Below are positions 10,064-20,572 of a stretch of 64,000 nucleotides of DNA, piece after piece. Origin of the DNA: Opitutaceae bacterium (GTDB taxonomy: Bacteria; Verrucomicrobiota; Verrucomicrobiia; Opitutales; Coraliomargaritaceae); NCBI GenBank assembly GCA_051252375.1, contig JBPOFY010000001.1, forward strand, positions 256,001 through 320,000, given 5' to 3'. The position numbers and the translations under genes are program-made. Below the pieces are notes generated by a model. It did not search any database and was not told where the DNA came from. It was given only the letters and a program-made list of their open reading frames with translations. The stretch's first letter is position 1. Every line of letters starts with the position of its first letter.

Positions 10064-11249
10064 TTCTACTGAAGATATCCTTTATAAGGTCGACATACTG
10101 CCCAGTGCAATACGCCTCATCATAATAATCCTCTGCCAACTGACGACTACGCTGACGCATATCTAGTGCTCTCTGGGGATCCGAATGGAGTTCGCGAATC
10201 GCCTCAGCCATTTTTTCAGGCTTTCCCGGAGGAATGACATATCCGATTTCTGAATCTCGAACAGTCTGACCGAGAGCCGTTTCTTCCGAAGCAATTGCCA
10301 TGATCGCAGCACCCACACTAATCGATGTATAAAACTTACTAGGGAAACTGATACCCGCGTAAGGGGCATCTAAAGTCACAATATGGCAGTCGGCGGCCGC
10401 CAAAGATAATGGCACAGCCTCCAATGGTTGCCATGGAAGCAGCTTCACATTGGATGCTCCTAGTCGCTTCACTTCGGCTTCGATCTCATGCTGACGAGTT
10501 CCTTTACCGACCAGAAGCAGTAGAACATCCGGGAGATCGGAAAGCAGCTCTGCAGCTTTCAACATGGAGTCAATATCATGCGTTGCACCAAAGGCGCCGC
10601 TATACATCACCACGAATTTCCCGATGAGATCATGCTCTTGAGCGAAATGGTTGCTCTCCTTGGGCTCGGGGCAATACACCGTGGTATCCGCCCAATTGGG
10701 AATAATATGAAGCGGCATCTCATCATCAATGCCGTGTTCACGAAGACGTTCTGCCATATCGTCGGCAAGCGTAACTACAGCACTGGCATTTCGCATCGAA
10801 CAGGCGCTTAACCTCTCAAGCATCCGATAAATAAAAGACTGCGGCGACAAGCCGCCCATTCTGGCGAGGACGTCTGGATAAATGTCATACTGAATCAGCA
10901 GATATGGGCGATGCAATAAACGAGCAACCAGCCCCATCACCCAAGCGCAGAGCGGTGGGTTCGTTGTCACAACAACAAGATCCCAGCGTCGGGATAGGAT
11001 GAGCCAAAGAAAGCGCAAGGTGTAGACCGACCAAGTCCAAATACGTTTCCAGCCTGGGCTGCGTACAAACTCAATCGTATTGATATGCGTAAATTGCGGT
11101 TGCTGCCCTGCTTCCAACTCGCAGGCTCCTGCTAGCAAGCAGACATCTGCTTCGGGGAAATCTTTAGCGACCCGGTCACAGAGACTGCGAAATAGATAGG
11201 TCGTCGACTGATTACTCAGTAAAATCTTGGGTTGAGGCTTGTGTTCCAC
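10038..11249 (-). CDS. Glycosyltransferase family 4 (WbuB/WcaI-like)
   Basis: TTNPP, YDIYPD, IPNWAD, MYSGAFG, PSKFY. Confidence 0.9.
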   Translation of the reverse strand: MEHKPQPKILLSNQSTTYLFRSLCDRVAKDFPEADVCLLAGACELEAGQQPQFTHINTIEFVRSPGWKRIWTWSVYTLRFLWLILSRRWDLVVVTTNPPLCAWVMGLVARLLHRPYLLIQYDIYPDVLARMGGLSPQSFIYRMLERLSACSMRNASAVVTLADDMAERLREHGIDDEMPLHIIPNWADTTVYCPEPKESNHFAQEHDLIGKFVVMYSGAFGATHDIDSMLKAAELLSDLPDVLLLLVGKGTRQHEIEAEVKRLGASNVKLLPWQPLEAVPLSLAAADCHIVTLDAPYAGISFPSKFYTSISVGAAIMAIASEETALGQTVRDSEIGYVIPPGKPEKMAEAIRELHSDPQRALDMRQRSRQLAEDYYDEAYCTGQYVDLIKDIFSRNGANKNER

Positions 11250-11258
11250 TCCGGCGAT

Positions 11259-12419
11259 TTAGATTTGGGCGTGCTTAGCAATGGCTTCTTCTCGCAAATC
11301 CCGCAAGGCCTTGGTGAAACCCTCTTCGTTACATTCATCTCGAACAAAGCTCCGACCACGCTCCCCCATCTGGAAACGTTCGTCATCATCGATCGCCAAA
11401 GCTTCCTTTAGAGCCGAAGCGGCTTCATCAATATCGTCGGTCTCTAGAAACCAACCACATTTATAGGGCGCAAGTTCAGGTGAGAGGTCGTTCCCAGGCG
11501 AAAGTAAAACCGGTGTGCCTGCGGCCAGACATTCGGCTGCGGTATGTCCAAAATTTTCGCGTGAGGAGAGTGAGATGTAAAGATCCGCGCCCAGTAAATA
11601 GCGTTCCTTTTCTTCACCGTAAATCGCACCCAGGGCATGCACGCGCTGCCCGACTCCAAGCTTTTCTGCGAGTTGCTGACATGCCTCCACACTGACGTCA
11701 TCCTCAGGTCCGACCAACACCAGATGAGCCTCGTCCTGCTCAGCAGCGGCAAAAGCCTGTATTGTTTCTAAAGGACGCTTCATCGTATGCAAACGACCAA
11801 AGAACAGCACTACTTTTGCATTCGCTGCGAGACCTAGACTTTCACGCATCCAAGCACGTGCAGATTGCTTGCCTTCCAGACTAATTAAATCGACCGGCCA
11901 ATGCACGACACGCGTATTGGCTCCCTCATAAAACCACTTGGCCTTCTCACGCTCACGCTCCGTCGAGAATATGACATGAGCGGCATCTCGTAGCAGCGGG
12001 CGCCCGAATACATTCAGCCAGATTCGCTTGACCCCCGCTCGGTAAGTGTAGACATGTGGATCCAGTTGCCCATGAGGAACAAACCAGTAAGGCACTCCAT
12101 GCGAGCGTGCCATTTTCCGAACCCAGTTCGCCTGATAGCGTAACATGATGTGGCACGACATTAAGTCTGCACATGAGGCAAGTTTCTCAGCCGAACCCCG
12201 AGCCGCCGGAGCGGCATAGGCATACCAATCAGCCAAACGCCCACGAGCCGTCGTAACGTGTGTGACTTCCGGGAATGCTTCTTTCTCCTCATCACTCTCG
12301 GATGGAGAAGTAAACGAAACAATCCTCCCGCTCAAAGCTGCAGCGAACTTTCGCATGGTTTTTGGAAAACCACCACTCCGAGGCAGAACCGCATTGCTAA
12401 CTAACAAAGTTTTCTTCAT
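11259..12419 (-). CDS. Glycosyltransferase family 4
   Basis: PHGQL, FFGRLH..K, S.RENFG...AECLAAGTPV. Confidence 0.9.
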   Translation of the reverse strand: MKKTLLVSNAVLPRSGGFPKTMRKFAAALSGRIVSFTSPSESDEEKEAFPEVTHVTTARGRLADWYAYAAPAARGSAEKLASCADLMSCHIMLRYQANWVRKMARSHGVPYWFVPHGQLDPHVYTYRAGVKRIWLNVFGRPLLRDAAHVIFSTEREREKAKWFYEGANTRVVHWPVDLISLEGKQSARAWMRESLGLAANAKVVLFFGRLHTMKRPLETIQAFAAAEQDEAHLVLVGPEDDVSVEACQQLAEKLGVGQRVHALGAIYGEEKERYLLGADLYISLSSRENFGHTAAECLAAGTPVLLSPGNDLSPELAPYKCGWFLETDDIDEAASALKEALAIDDDERFQMGERGRSFVRDECNEEGFTKALRDLREEAIAKHAQI

Positions 12420-12440
12420 GTAACTAATTTACCGTCTCTG

Positions 12441-13355
12441 CTAGCTCCCTATGCTGGCGCTCTCTGGCCCTTTGGCAAAGAGCGGCATTTGCTTTCCAAG
12501 ATCGAAATCCTGTCCTCTCGGGAAAAAACGGACACGGCCTCCACCTGGATGAAAGGTCATTTCACTAAAGGTAATCCGATCGTCCCCGGAAACCATTAGG
12601 TCTACCCGAACGAAATCGAAGCCTTCAGCGAGGATACTCGCCAAGTCGAGGAGCTTGCTCAAACAGGCAGGCATATCCGATGGCGCTTTTGGTGCATTGT
12701 TAAATACACAATAATCGGCGATCTGGCCATCTGGCCGAAACACTTCATAACCTGAAGCCTCCGAACCGCGCGCCAAAGTCTGCACGAAAACCGGTTTGCC
12801 ATCAAAACACCAAAACTTGAACTCCCTGACCGATTCTAAAGGATCCAACAGTTCTTCCGCATAAACGCACCTCGGCGTCTTATCATAGATACATTCGTAT
12901 GTATGCGAAACCTCACTGTAAGGCTTAGACATCCAAGTCTTGGCCAATTCCACAAGCGTTGCCTCAGTCACATCCTGCTTAGAGCGGATAATTTGATTCA
13001 TCCCGCTACCGGCATTACACTTAAAGGCAAAAGCTTCAGGCAAATCATCCAAGCGAATCGCTTCAGGGTCCGTGTATCTCTGTATAATACTGGTGAAATA
13101 TGAGTCTCCGATCCGGCTCTCGACAAAGTCACGAACCGCCAACTTATCTATCAGCGTAGGAAAAGGGAACAATTTCTCATTCAGCTTACGGTGGCTGATG
13201 ATCTCGTTAAATGATCGTGGTGCTTCCAATTGCGGCCAATAACCCAGCCGTAAATAAAAAGTGACTGCCTCGAAGCTTCTCGCTGGGAGCACCTTCTTCA
13301 ATGCCGGACGCAGCAAAGATTCTAGGCGTCCACTAAATTTATGTAATGGAGGCAT
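12441..13355 (-). CDS. TupA-like ATP-grasp protein
   Basis: PRSFNE, DKLAVRDFV, KCNAGSG, EFKFWCFDGKP, FDFVRVDL, FSEMTFHPGGG. Confidence 0.9.
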   Translation of the reverse strand: MPPLHKFSGRLESLLRPALKKVLPARSFEAVTFYLRLGYWPQLEAPRSFNEIISHRKLNEKLFPFPTLIDKLAVRDFVESRIGDSYFTSIIQRYTDPEAIRLDDLPEAFAFKCNAGSGMNQIIRSKQDVTEATLVELAKTWMSKPYSEVSHTYECIYDKTPRCVYAEELLDPLESVREFKFWCFDGKPVFVQTLARGSEASGYEVFRPDGQIADYCVFNNAPKAPSDMPACLSKLLDLASILAEGFDFVRVDLMVSGDDRITFSEMTFHPGGGRVRFFPRGQDFDLGKQMPLFAKGPESASIGS

Positions 13356-13360
13356 CGGTA

Positions 13361-14161
13361 TTAATACTCGCGCTTATCCAAGCCACGTGCGTGCACAGCA
13401 CGAACTAGGCGGCTGTCCAAATTACTGAAGTTTCGATCGACTGTAGAAATCAATTTGTAGAGAAGACGTCGATACTTAGGCTTGCCCTCCCAGTAAGCGG
13501 CACGAATGCGTGGCCCCTCCGTCGACATTTCGCCCTTCCGCGACTGCGAAAGCTGCGAAGCCAATAAACGGAATGCACCGACTGATTTATCTGTGAATTT
13601 CTTAAAATGAAAGCCTTCCACAACCGCACGGAAGAAGAAGTCGTAATCCGCACAAAAACGATAGGTAGTATCAAAACCACCTAGCCGCTCGAGCACTCTT
13701 CGGTGAAACCAAACACCTTGCTGCAAAATACCGCAATAGCACGGCATGTGCATGCGCAATAAGCTGGGACGGGCGCTGCGCCAGTAAAAGAGAAAACGAT
13801 TCACCTCATCGACATAATCAAGGTTACCGTAGAGCACATCGTCTCCCTCGCCTGCATTCTCCAACATTTCGACAGCCGTATCTGCATAGAGCAAATCGTC
13901 GCTATTAATGTAGGTCAGCCATTCACCTGTGGCCTCCTCTAATCCTGCATTGATTGCCGCATACATGTTCCCCGGGGGGCAATAGATGACCTTGGCACCT
14001 GCGGCTTCAGCGATTGCTTGAGTGCCATCCTCAGAACCGCTGTCGACGACAAGATATTCGGCACCCGCATCCAGAAGTGGCTGCAAGGATGCAATCGTCG
14101 CCGGCAAGGTCGCGGCGGAATTCCAAGCTGGCGTAATAATTGAGAGTTTCTTCATTTTCAC
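13361..14161 (-). CDS. Glycosyltransferase family 2
   Basis: SIITPAWN, VVDSGSEDGT, YAAINAG, INSDD, ADYD. Confidence 0.92.
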   Translation of the reverse strand: MKMKKLSIITPAWNSAATLPATIASLQPLLDAGAEYLVVDSGSEDGTQAIAEAAGAKVIYCPPGNMYAAINAGLEEATGEWLTYINSDDLLYADTAVEMLENAGEGDDVLYGNLDYVDEVNRFLFYWRSARPSLLRMHMPCYCGILQQGVWFHRRVLERLGGFDTTYRFCADYDFFFRAVVEGFHFKKFTDKSVGAFRLLASQLSQSRKGEMSTEGPRIRAAYWEGKPKYRRLLYKLISTVDRNFSNLDSRLVRAVHARGLDKREY

Positions 14162-14997
14162 GACTTGCGTCTCAAAGCACGGAACACTTTACGCGTGCCT
14201 CCACGCAAGGTGTAGATAAATCGACCATATCTAGAATTAGCCTTTTGGAATCGGGATACTGCATCGGGATCCTCCTCAAGAGATGCATCAAGCTGCTTCT
14301 GAAATCGTTCTTGAAGATATTCGTAAAGTTCCATGTCCCATGTGTTGGCCTCACGCACGGCTTCTTTATCCTCGTCAGTCAAAACAGGTCCGGCTCCTTT
14401 ACTCTGATTACGACGTATATAGTAGGGAGCCGACATCCCATAGAGCTTGGAGAAAATGGCCAACGATGCATCGTAATTTTCAGTCAAGCCCACGGAGGGA
14501 AAGTGAGTTTCAACATTTTCTTTAGCAAATTCCAGATGCTGCGGACCGACTGGTTCACTCTCATCAATCTGTTCCGGATAGCAGAAATAACGAACCATTT
14601 CATTATGAGTCTCATTCGTGCATCCCGATCGAACAAACGCCGCAATCGACCCTGCCTCTTTCAACTTTGGATTCAAAGTATGATACTCGCGCTCACGAAT
14701 AAACCGACAGAGCGAAAGCACCCGCTTAACCGGCTGCCTAACAAATCCGTAATACGAACTTTCTTCCGGCAACAAGCGATGCACGCCAAAAGGCATATGC
14801 CCCAAGATGAGACGATATCGCTTCCGCTCTTCTTCACTCAGCCCCGCGATGAAGTCGATTCGTTCTTGATTGGTCTCCACGTAGTCCATCCGAAAGACCT
14901 CGCGCTCGGGAAAATACACCGCCAACGAGGAAGAGAAGACACTTCCAGCAGCCTTTGGTATGTGATGAAATATTAGGGTAGATTGGTGCTGACTCAT
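14158..14997 (-). CDS. Sulfotransferase family 2 protein
   Basis: 5'-PSB FHHIPKAAGS, GHMPFG, 3'-PB RQPVKRVLS, C-terminal N.WDMELY; start set to the ATG at 14997, which overlaps the upstream stop (ATGA). Confidence 0.85.
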   Translation of the reverse strand: MSQHQSTLIFHHIPKAAGSVFSSSLAVYFPEREVFRMDYVETNQERIDFIAGLSEEERKRYRLILGHMPFGVHRLLPEESSYYGFVRQPVKRVLSLCRFIREREYHTLNPKLKEAGSIAAFVRSGCTNETHNEMVRYFCYPEQIDESEPVGPQHLEFAKENVETHFPSVGLTENYDASLAIFSKLYGMSAPYYIRRNQSKGAGPVLTDEDKEAVREANTWDMELYEYLQERFQKQLDASLEEDPDAVSRFQKANSRYGRFIYTLRGGTRKVFRALRRKS

Positions 14998-16334
14998 CTT
15001 CGATATGGTGACGGCATGGCACGAGGCGTCCCGCGAGGACCAGGCATACCAGGAGGCTTGGGGCGAACGCCTTCTCCCAGGCAATAGCGCTCGCTTAGTA
15101 GAAAAATTTCAGGAGCAAAGAGAGCGATACCCAGCACGAATGTACTGGGGACATTACTCCAAACTGGTGCATACATTAGCTGCAAGCCTATAAATAAGGG
15201 GAAAAACAAAGCGGAGAGACGGTGCGGGAAACCACGCTTCAATACTAGATAAATCACGTTCGCAGAAAGGGACACAAATACGAATAAGGCAAGTAGGAGG
15301 CCTCCTTTGAAAATTAAGTTTACCCAACCGATATGAATAACGTGCATGGAAATCACATTAAAACTGAATCCGCCGATTCCGGCTCCGATTATCCAGTCCA
15401 ATGCGCTCGCATTCGATAAATAACCTGACGCCTCTGAAAAGCGGTCAAATCCAGCTAACCCGCTATCACCCAGCGTACGGAAGCGCTCAATCAGACGTGA
15501 GAACATGGCCACGGCTGCACCGCTTTTCGCCATGTAAGCCCCACCAACAACGCCCAAAACAACAAAACCTGATAGCATGTATTTACGAATGCGGTGTAGA
15601 TTCTTCCCCACCAGCAAGATGAATAAAAGGGCGGCCACGACGATGGCGAACTCCGCCAAGCCTTGCCGCTTGGAATAGATCAGTGAGGCGTAAGCCCAGA
15701 ACATCATACCCGCCGCACAACCGAAGCTCAGCCACACAGAACGAGCCGTGCTTAGAAATAGTATAATTATGTAAGCAGCGGTAACGCCGATCGCCATCTG
15801 ATAGGAATAGAGGAGCACTGTCCCGACATCCACAAAAGCTTGCTTACGGTTCTCGGCCATGACTACATATGTTGTATCGATCTTGAAAATAGTATACACC
15901 GCTATCAGCAAAAAAAACAGGAAGATGCCACCAAAGATCTTGCGCTGGCGTAATGTAAAGAAGCCGATCGCGGGCGCAGATAGAATGAAAGTGATCGGCA
16001 CCAAATCCTTCACCACCGGCCCCATAAACTGACTCGTATAGGTAAAGAGAATCTCGTAATTCGCCACAAGCATCAGTGGAATCATTACAAGCATACCTAT
16101 AATCTTAAACCGGGTCATCGGTAAGCTCGGTATCTTATCCTTACAATTGACCCAAACGAAAACAGTGCAGGCCATAAGGGACAAGAGCGCCAAGACCTGA
16201 AGCTGATTATGAAAGCCCCTCAGGATCAATTCGGCACGAGATAAATAGGCAACCCAACCAAGATAGAACCCTGCTGTGTAGGATACAAATATTCGGTTTT
16301 CTGGTGTTCGAAGATATCCCATATTATGAAGCAA
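14994..16334 (-). CDS. Multi-TM O-antigen polymerase (Wzy)/ligase-like protein
   Basis: About 11 TM segments, SKRQ, periplasmic loop with R and H (HIGWVNLIFKGG). Confidence 0.7.
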   Translation of the reverse strand: MLHNMGYLRTPENRIFVSYTAGFYLGWVAYLSRAELILRGFHNQLQVLALLSLMACTVFVWVNCKDKIPSLPMTRFKIIGMLVMIPLMLVANYEILFTYTSQFMGPVVKDLVPITFILSAPAIGFFTLRQRKIFGGIFLFFLLIAVYTIFKIDTTYVVMAENRKQAFVDVGTVLLYSYQMAIGVTAAYIIILFLSTARSVWLSFGCAAGMMFWAYASLIYSKRQGLAEFAIVVAALLFILLVGKNLHRIRKYMLSGFVVLGVVGGAYMAKSGAAVAMFSRLIERFRTLGDSGLAGFDRFSEASGYLSNASALDWIIGAGIGGFSFNVISMHVIHIGWVNLIFKGGLLLALFVFVSLSANVIYLVLKRGFPHRLSALFFPLFIGLQLMYAPVWSNVPSTFVLGIALFAPEIFLLSERYCLGEGVRPKPPGMPGPRGTPRAMPSPYRR

Positions 16335-16361
16335 TAAAAATTGTTGTTTTAATCTGTATGA

Positions 16362-17807
16362 TCATGACACACAGCTTTCGATATAGTTTGCGAATGCTTC
16401 AGCATTTGCCGGGCTGTCATCAAATATATCCTGCCCAAACTCAGAACTAAACCGAACTTTACCAGCAATACCAACGAAATTTCCCCGCACCCAATCGCAC
16501 CAAGCGGGATCATCTCCTAGAATCAAGTGTTCAGCTGTATCCTCTCGTTCGAAATCCATCTCGGATAGTTTATCCAGAATCGATTGTCCACAAGCCGTGG
16601 CCATGCTATGAAAAGGAGGATTGCCAAAGCAAAATGCGGCCTTCCCTCGCAAACGCGCCTCAATTGTAACGGTCCCACCTAAAGAAACGACCGCCTGAGA
16701 TTTCCGAATCAATGTCACGGACGACACAGCCGTCGAGCAAAGTCGAACATTCGGGAAACGCTTGATCTTCTCGTAATAACCACGTGGCCGCTTGTTAAGC
16801 ATTTTGGGGTTTTCTTTGACGAGCAGAGTAACGCCTACTGGCAATGATTCGGCGACCAATCGACATGCTTCTATTTGATCACGCTGACGAGGACTATACA
16901 TGAGTATCGTCGCTTCTGGTTCCATATGCAAAGCAAGGAAAACACAAGGCCCGGAAACCTCTTGTAGCTCCCCATCATCATGTATATCCCAAGGGTCCTC
17001 GTTCCGCATACGCTCACGCCAAGCTTTAAAACGCCAACAAACTGCATTTTGCCACCAATTCATCTGTAACCCGGCGAAATATGATCCCATCCGATGATCC
17101 CGCTTTCCATGTGCAGCACGACGACGCGCCAGATTGATACGTTCAGAAAATGCAAGATTTCGATCCATCTTCAGAGGCTTCATATATGAGATCCGCTGCT
17201 CGGGCGGCATATCCAATTCCTTAACCGCCGTTTCATAGAGTTCTCCACTGTCCTCACTGCTCTTTCGATTAATCCAAGGTTCATCAGGCCTACGCAAGGC
17301 AAGCACTCGCCCTCCGGGAACTCCACATCCCACGAAAGCAAAATGCGCCCCACCTTTTTCGAAGGTCAGCATCCCTGCAGCCAAGTAGACAAAATGATCA
17401 TACATCGAGCTGATGCTAAGCGTTTGAGGCTCTATCAGTTCATCCAGCACAGTCAGATGCTGCTGCATGAATAAATATGCATTATCAGGCGCCTCTGGGA
17501 GAAAGCGCTCCATCTGAAGCATCGCATTCAAACCCATATATGTTTGGCGGCAGAATGCATCCAGCTCCTTAACACGACTCTCAGAAATCAATTTTTGGCG
17601 GGATTGCTGCAATGCCTCTGGGATGTAAAGCGTCTGGTATCCCTGTGCTTCGATATACTCGATTGCTTGCGAGAAAAACGACACAAAGACAATAGGCACA
17701 TCACCAAAACGCTCTACGAACTTACGCGCCAACTCAATGTGGAAATGCGCCTCTACTGGACGCGTATAGAAAATTATCTTTTTAGGGGTCATTTCAAAAG
17801 GTCCCAA
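16362..17807 (-). CDS. KpsS/Capsule_synth-like nonulosonic-acid (probably pseudaminic acid) transferase
   Basis: FLALHMEPEAT, LVKENP, VVSLGGTVTIEA..GK, PPF motifs; directly follows pseI. Confidence 0.7.
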   Translation of the reverse strand: MGPFEMTPKKIIFYTRPVEAHFHIELARKFVERFGDVPIVFVSFFSQAIEYIEAQGYQTLYIPEALQQSRQKLISESRVKELDAFCRQTYMGLNAMLQMERFLPEAPDNAYLFMQQHLTVLDELIEPQTLSISSMYDHFVYLAAGMLTFEKGGAHFAFVGCGVPGGRVLALRRPDEPWINRKSSEDSGELYETAVKELDMPPEQRISYMKPLKMDRNLAFSERINLARRRAAHGKRDHRMGSYFAGLQMNWWQNAVCWRFKAWRERMRNEDPWDIHDDGELQEVSGPCVFLALHMEPEATILMYSPRQRDQIEACRLVAESLPVGVTLLVKENPKMLNKRPRGYYEKIKRFPNVRLCSTAVSSVTLIRKSQAVVSLGGTVTIEARLRGKAAFCFGNPPFHSMATACGQSILDKLSEMDFEREDTAEHLILGDDPAWCDWVRGNFVGIAGKVRFSSEFGQDIFDDSPANAEAFANYIESCVS

Positions 17808-18838
17808 TTAACCGCGGTGCCGGCACAGACTGAACCAGTGGTTTTCTTACCTAGAACTTCAGAAAGAAATTTAGGCGCTAGCCCGTATCCTGGTCGGATC
17901 GAACGAACATGCTCACTGGAAACAACTTCTCCAGCAGACATATCTTTTACGAAGTAAAGGGAGCGCCGAAACTTGACGTTGCCGGATTCACTGGACTTAC
18001 GCCCGTAGTCGATTGCGCCAAGGGCTTTCCACGCGGTTCTGGAATCGGCAACCAATGCCGAGAGTTCGGTCGGCTCCAAAGAAAAACTATCGTCCGGACC
18101 ACCACCCGAGCGATCCAGAGTGAAGTGTTTTTCAATAATTGAAGCACCCATAACAACGGAGGCAATCGCAGTGGTATTGTCGAGAGTGTGATCGGAAAGT
18201 CCGGTCACCAGTCCATAGCGCGCGATAATGTCTGGGATCGTCCGCAAATTATAATCTTCTGCAGGAGCTGGATATCCGCTGACACAATGCAAGACTGCCA
18301 GCTCTTTACACCCCGCATCTTGTGCGGCGGCAACCGCCTCTTCAATCTCCTCAACGTCGGCCATACCTGTCGAGATGATCAGCGGTTTCCCCGTCGAGGC
18401 AGCATAGCGAATCAATGCGAGATCCACTGCCTCAAAGGAAGCAATTTTGTAAGCCGGCGCACCGAGATCCTCAAGTAAATCGACTGCAGTCGTATCGAAT
18501 GGAGAACTGAAAATAGTCATTCCCCGCTTTCTCGCGTGTTCAAACAATTCTCCATGCCATTCCCACGGGGTGTGTGCCCACTCGTATAATTCGTAAAGCG
18601 TTCGACCTTCCCATAGCCCATCGTCGATGCGGAAATCCGGTTGATCTGAATCGATCGTCAACGTATCGGCACGGTAAGTCTGAATCTTGAGCGCGTCCGC
18701 GCCGGCTTTCGTTGCTTCATCAATGATTCGTTTAGCTACCTCGATACTGCCGTTGTGGTTGGCGGACATCTCTGCGATCACGTATGGAGGGTGGTCGGCG
18801 CCGATCTTACGATCTGCGATCTGAATAGTTGGGCTCAT
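17789..18838 (-). CDS. pseI: Pseudaminic acid synthase
   Basis: IAEMSANHNG, KIQTY..DT.T, AHTPWEWH, KIASFE, GLSDHT, EKHFTL, GGPD..FSLEP, C-terminal SAF domain (IRPGYGL.PK). Confidence 0.95.
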   Translation of the reverse strand: MSPTIQIADRKIGADHPPYVIAEMSANHNGSIEVAKRIIDEATKAGADALKIQTYRADTLTIDSDQPDFRIDDGLWEGRTLYELYEWAHTPWEWHGELFEHARKRGMTIFSSPFDTTAVDLLEDLGAPAYKIASFEAVDLALIRYAASTGKPLIISTGMADVEEIEEAVAAAQDAGCKELAVLHCVSGYPAPAEDYNLRTIPDIIARYGLVTGLSDHTLDNTTAIASVVMGASIIEKHFTLDRSGGGPDDSFSLEPTELSALVADSRTAWKALGAIDYGRKSSESGNVKFRRSLYFVKDMSAGEVVSSEHVRSIRPGYGLAPKFLSEVLGKKTTGSVCAGTAVNWDLLK

Positions 18839-19515
18839 TGCTTTTCAAGTCGGATTGAATAGGTTGCACCACGGTGCTTAAAATAAGCGGGGAACCTGAC
18901 TGGATCGCAGACACGTATCAAATCAAATTGATCCGCTATGCTCTTGTTTGGGTCGATTTCACTGTCTGCCGGAGTGCGCTTCGGATAGTAAGTAGGTTCG
19001 ACATTGGAATCTTGAGGCCTGGGGATCACCGTTTCAAAATTCTCAGCGGCAAAATCCATGAGCAGGCATTCAGCTTCGAAAAGCTGAGCGTTAATCTCAT
19101 CCCACAATGCATCTTGAGGAACAGACACCTCCACTTGATGCCAGATATCGCCACTATCTACCTTGTCTTCGGCCTCAAGCAAAGTCACGGTAAAGTGGCC
19201 CAATCCCTGCACGATTTTCCAGATATGGGGACTCCACCCGCGCCCTTGCGGGAGATCACTTGCATGTATTACCAGAACCTTAGTGAACTTCTCTCGGTCT
19301 TCCTTTCTCACAATTTCGTTGCAGGAGATGAGGAACAGCAAGTCGCCCCCCTTCAAATCTTTTCGCCGGCGAAACAGCTCAATATTATAATTGGCGCGGT
19401 GCCGATCTACCCAGTCCGACAAATATTCGTTTACCGGATGCTTTTCGTCACTACAGAGTATTGTAATTTTCATGGCTATTGAGTGGTTCTTATACGGGAT
19501 TGATTGTGGAAACAC
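18835..19515 (-). CDS. Sugar-nucleotide N-formyltransferase (Fmt-like)
   Basis: VIHASDLPQGRGWSP, VDSGDI, KRTP.DSEID; located between pseG and pseI. Confidence 0.85.
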   Translation of the reverse strand: MFPQSIPYKNHSIAMKITILCSDEKHPVNEYLSDWVDRHRANYNIELFRRRKDLKGGDLLFLISCNEIVRKEDREKFTKVLVIHASDLPQGRGWSPHIWKIVQGLGHFTVTLLEAEDKVDSGDIWHQVEVSVPQDALWDEINAQLFEAECLLMDFAAENFETVIPRPQDSNVEPTYYPKRTPADSEIDPNKSIADQFDLIRVCDPVRFPAYFKHRGATYSIRLEKQ

Positions 19516-20572
19516 TCATAGTTCGGCACACTCGGATGGCACCTTGCCCATCGACAATCGAGCGTGACGGCTCTGAATCAGTGCCAGATTTTCGATGCAA
19601 CCAAGAGCCGAGTTGGCAACTCCACTCTTCACATTGAGCATCACTATTCCGACCGAGATCGATCGCATAGCCAGCTTCGACAAGCCCGCGCGCAATGAGC
19701 TCCTGATTTTCTGCCAAGGTGACCACTGCACCTGGCAAACCAAACAAGACCCACTCGTAACAGGTACTCCCACCGGCAGAAATGACACCCTCAGCCCATT
19801 GATAACAGGCGACCATATCACTGACATTCGAAAGCAACTCAATGGAGTGGCGTGAACGTTCGGCTTGTGCATCCAGTAAAGTCCTATGCCCGTTGCCAGG
19901 TCCGATGATCACGCGAATAGCGATAGATTCCCCGTCAATGTCTTCCAGTGCATCCAAGACCTTGCCAGTAACATTGTCGTAATCCACCCCACCCAAGGTC
20001 ACCAATAGCTGACGAATCGGCCCTCTGTGCGTCATCGTATCTATGGATTTTGCCAACTGCCGGAAGTCGCGCCGTAACATCACATAATCCAAACCGAGCA
20101 GGCATTGCCCTGCTGATACCTCGTTGTCATAGATCCGGCTTTCACTTCCGATATTCTGATTCAAAATCAGATCTGCACACCAACGGTCGGAATAACCATG
20201 ATCGTCCATGACCATGACTTTACTACGACCCTCTTGCATGGCGCGCTGGAATTTCAAACTAAACTGGTAGCCGTCTAGCACCACCCAATCAGAATGCGTC
20301 TGCGTTGCGATTTGTAGTGTATGCACTGCGTCATCTTCCGAGCCAGACTCTACATCCTGAAACAAATGGATACCAAAACCCTCCTGCTCAAGGCGTGCCT
20401 GCAGAGCCTGAGGACAGGAACAACATACAAAGTGCACTTCGCCCCCTTCATCCTGCCAAGCCTGAGCCAAAGCGATCATCCGCATAACGTGCCCCGCACC
20501 CATGGCGCCCCCGGCGTCTGCTCGGATCAACAAGATGGGAACTCCCATCGGGCTATCTACCATGCCGTCCAA
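19490..20572 (-). CDS. pseG: UDP-2,4-diacylamido-2,4,6-trideoxy-altropyranose hydrolase
   Basis: IRAD...G.GHVMR...LA, VLDGY, LVTLGGVD, ISAGGSTCYE, AENQ, VDGQGA.R. Confidence 0.9.
   Translation of the reverse strand: MDGMVDSPMGVPILLIRADAGGAMGAGHVMRMIALAQAWQDEGGEVHFVCCSCPQALQARLEQEGFGIHLFQDVESGSEDDAVHTLQIATQTHSDWVVLDGYQFSLKFQRAMQEGRSKVMVMDDHGYSDRWCADLILNQNIGSESRIYDNEVSAGQCLLGLDYVMLRRDFRQLAKSIDTMTHRGPIRQLLVTLGGVDYDNVTGKVLDALEDIDGESIAIRVIIGPGNGHRTLLDAQAERSRHSIELLSNVSDMVACYQWAEGVISAGGSTCYEWVLFGLPGAVVTLAENQELIARGLVEAGYAIDLGRNSDAQCEEWSCQLGSWLHRKSGTDSEPSRSIVDGQGAIRVCRTMSVSTINPV

Noticed and set aside
14140..14976. 278-aa plus-strand ORF
   Set aside because: Antisense shadow of the sulfotransferase with no recognisable motifs; the same applies to 18874-19482, 34146-34811, 41501-42079 and 56049-56639
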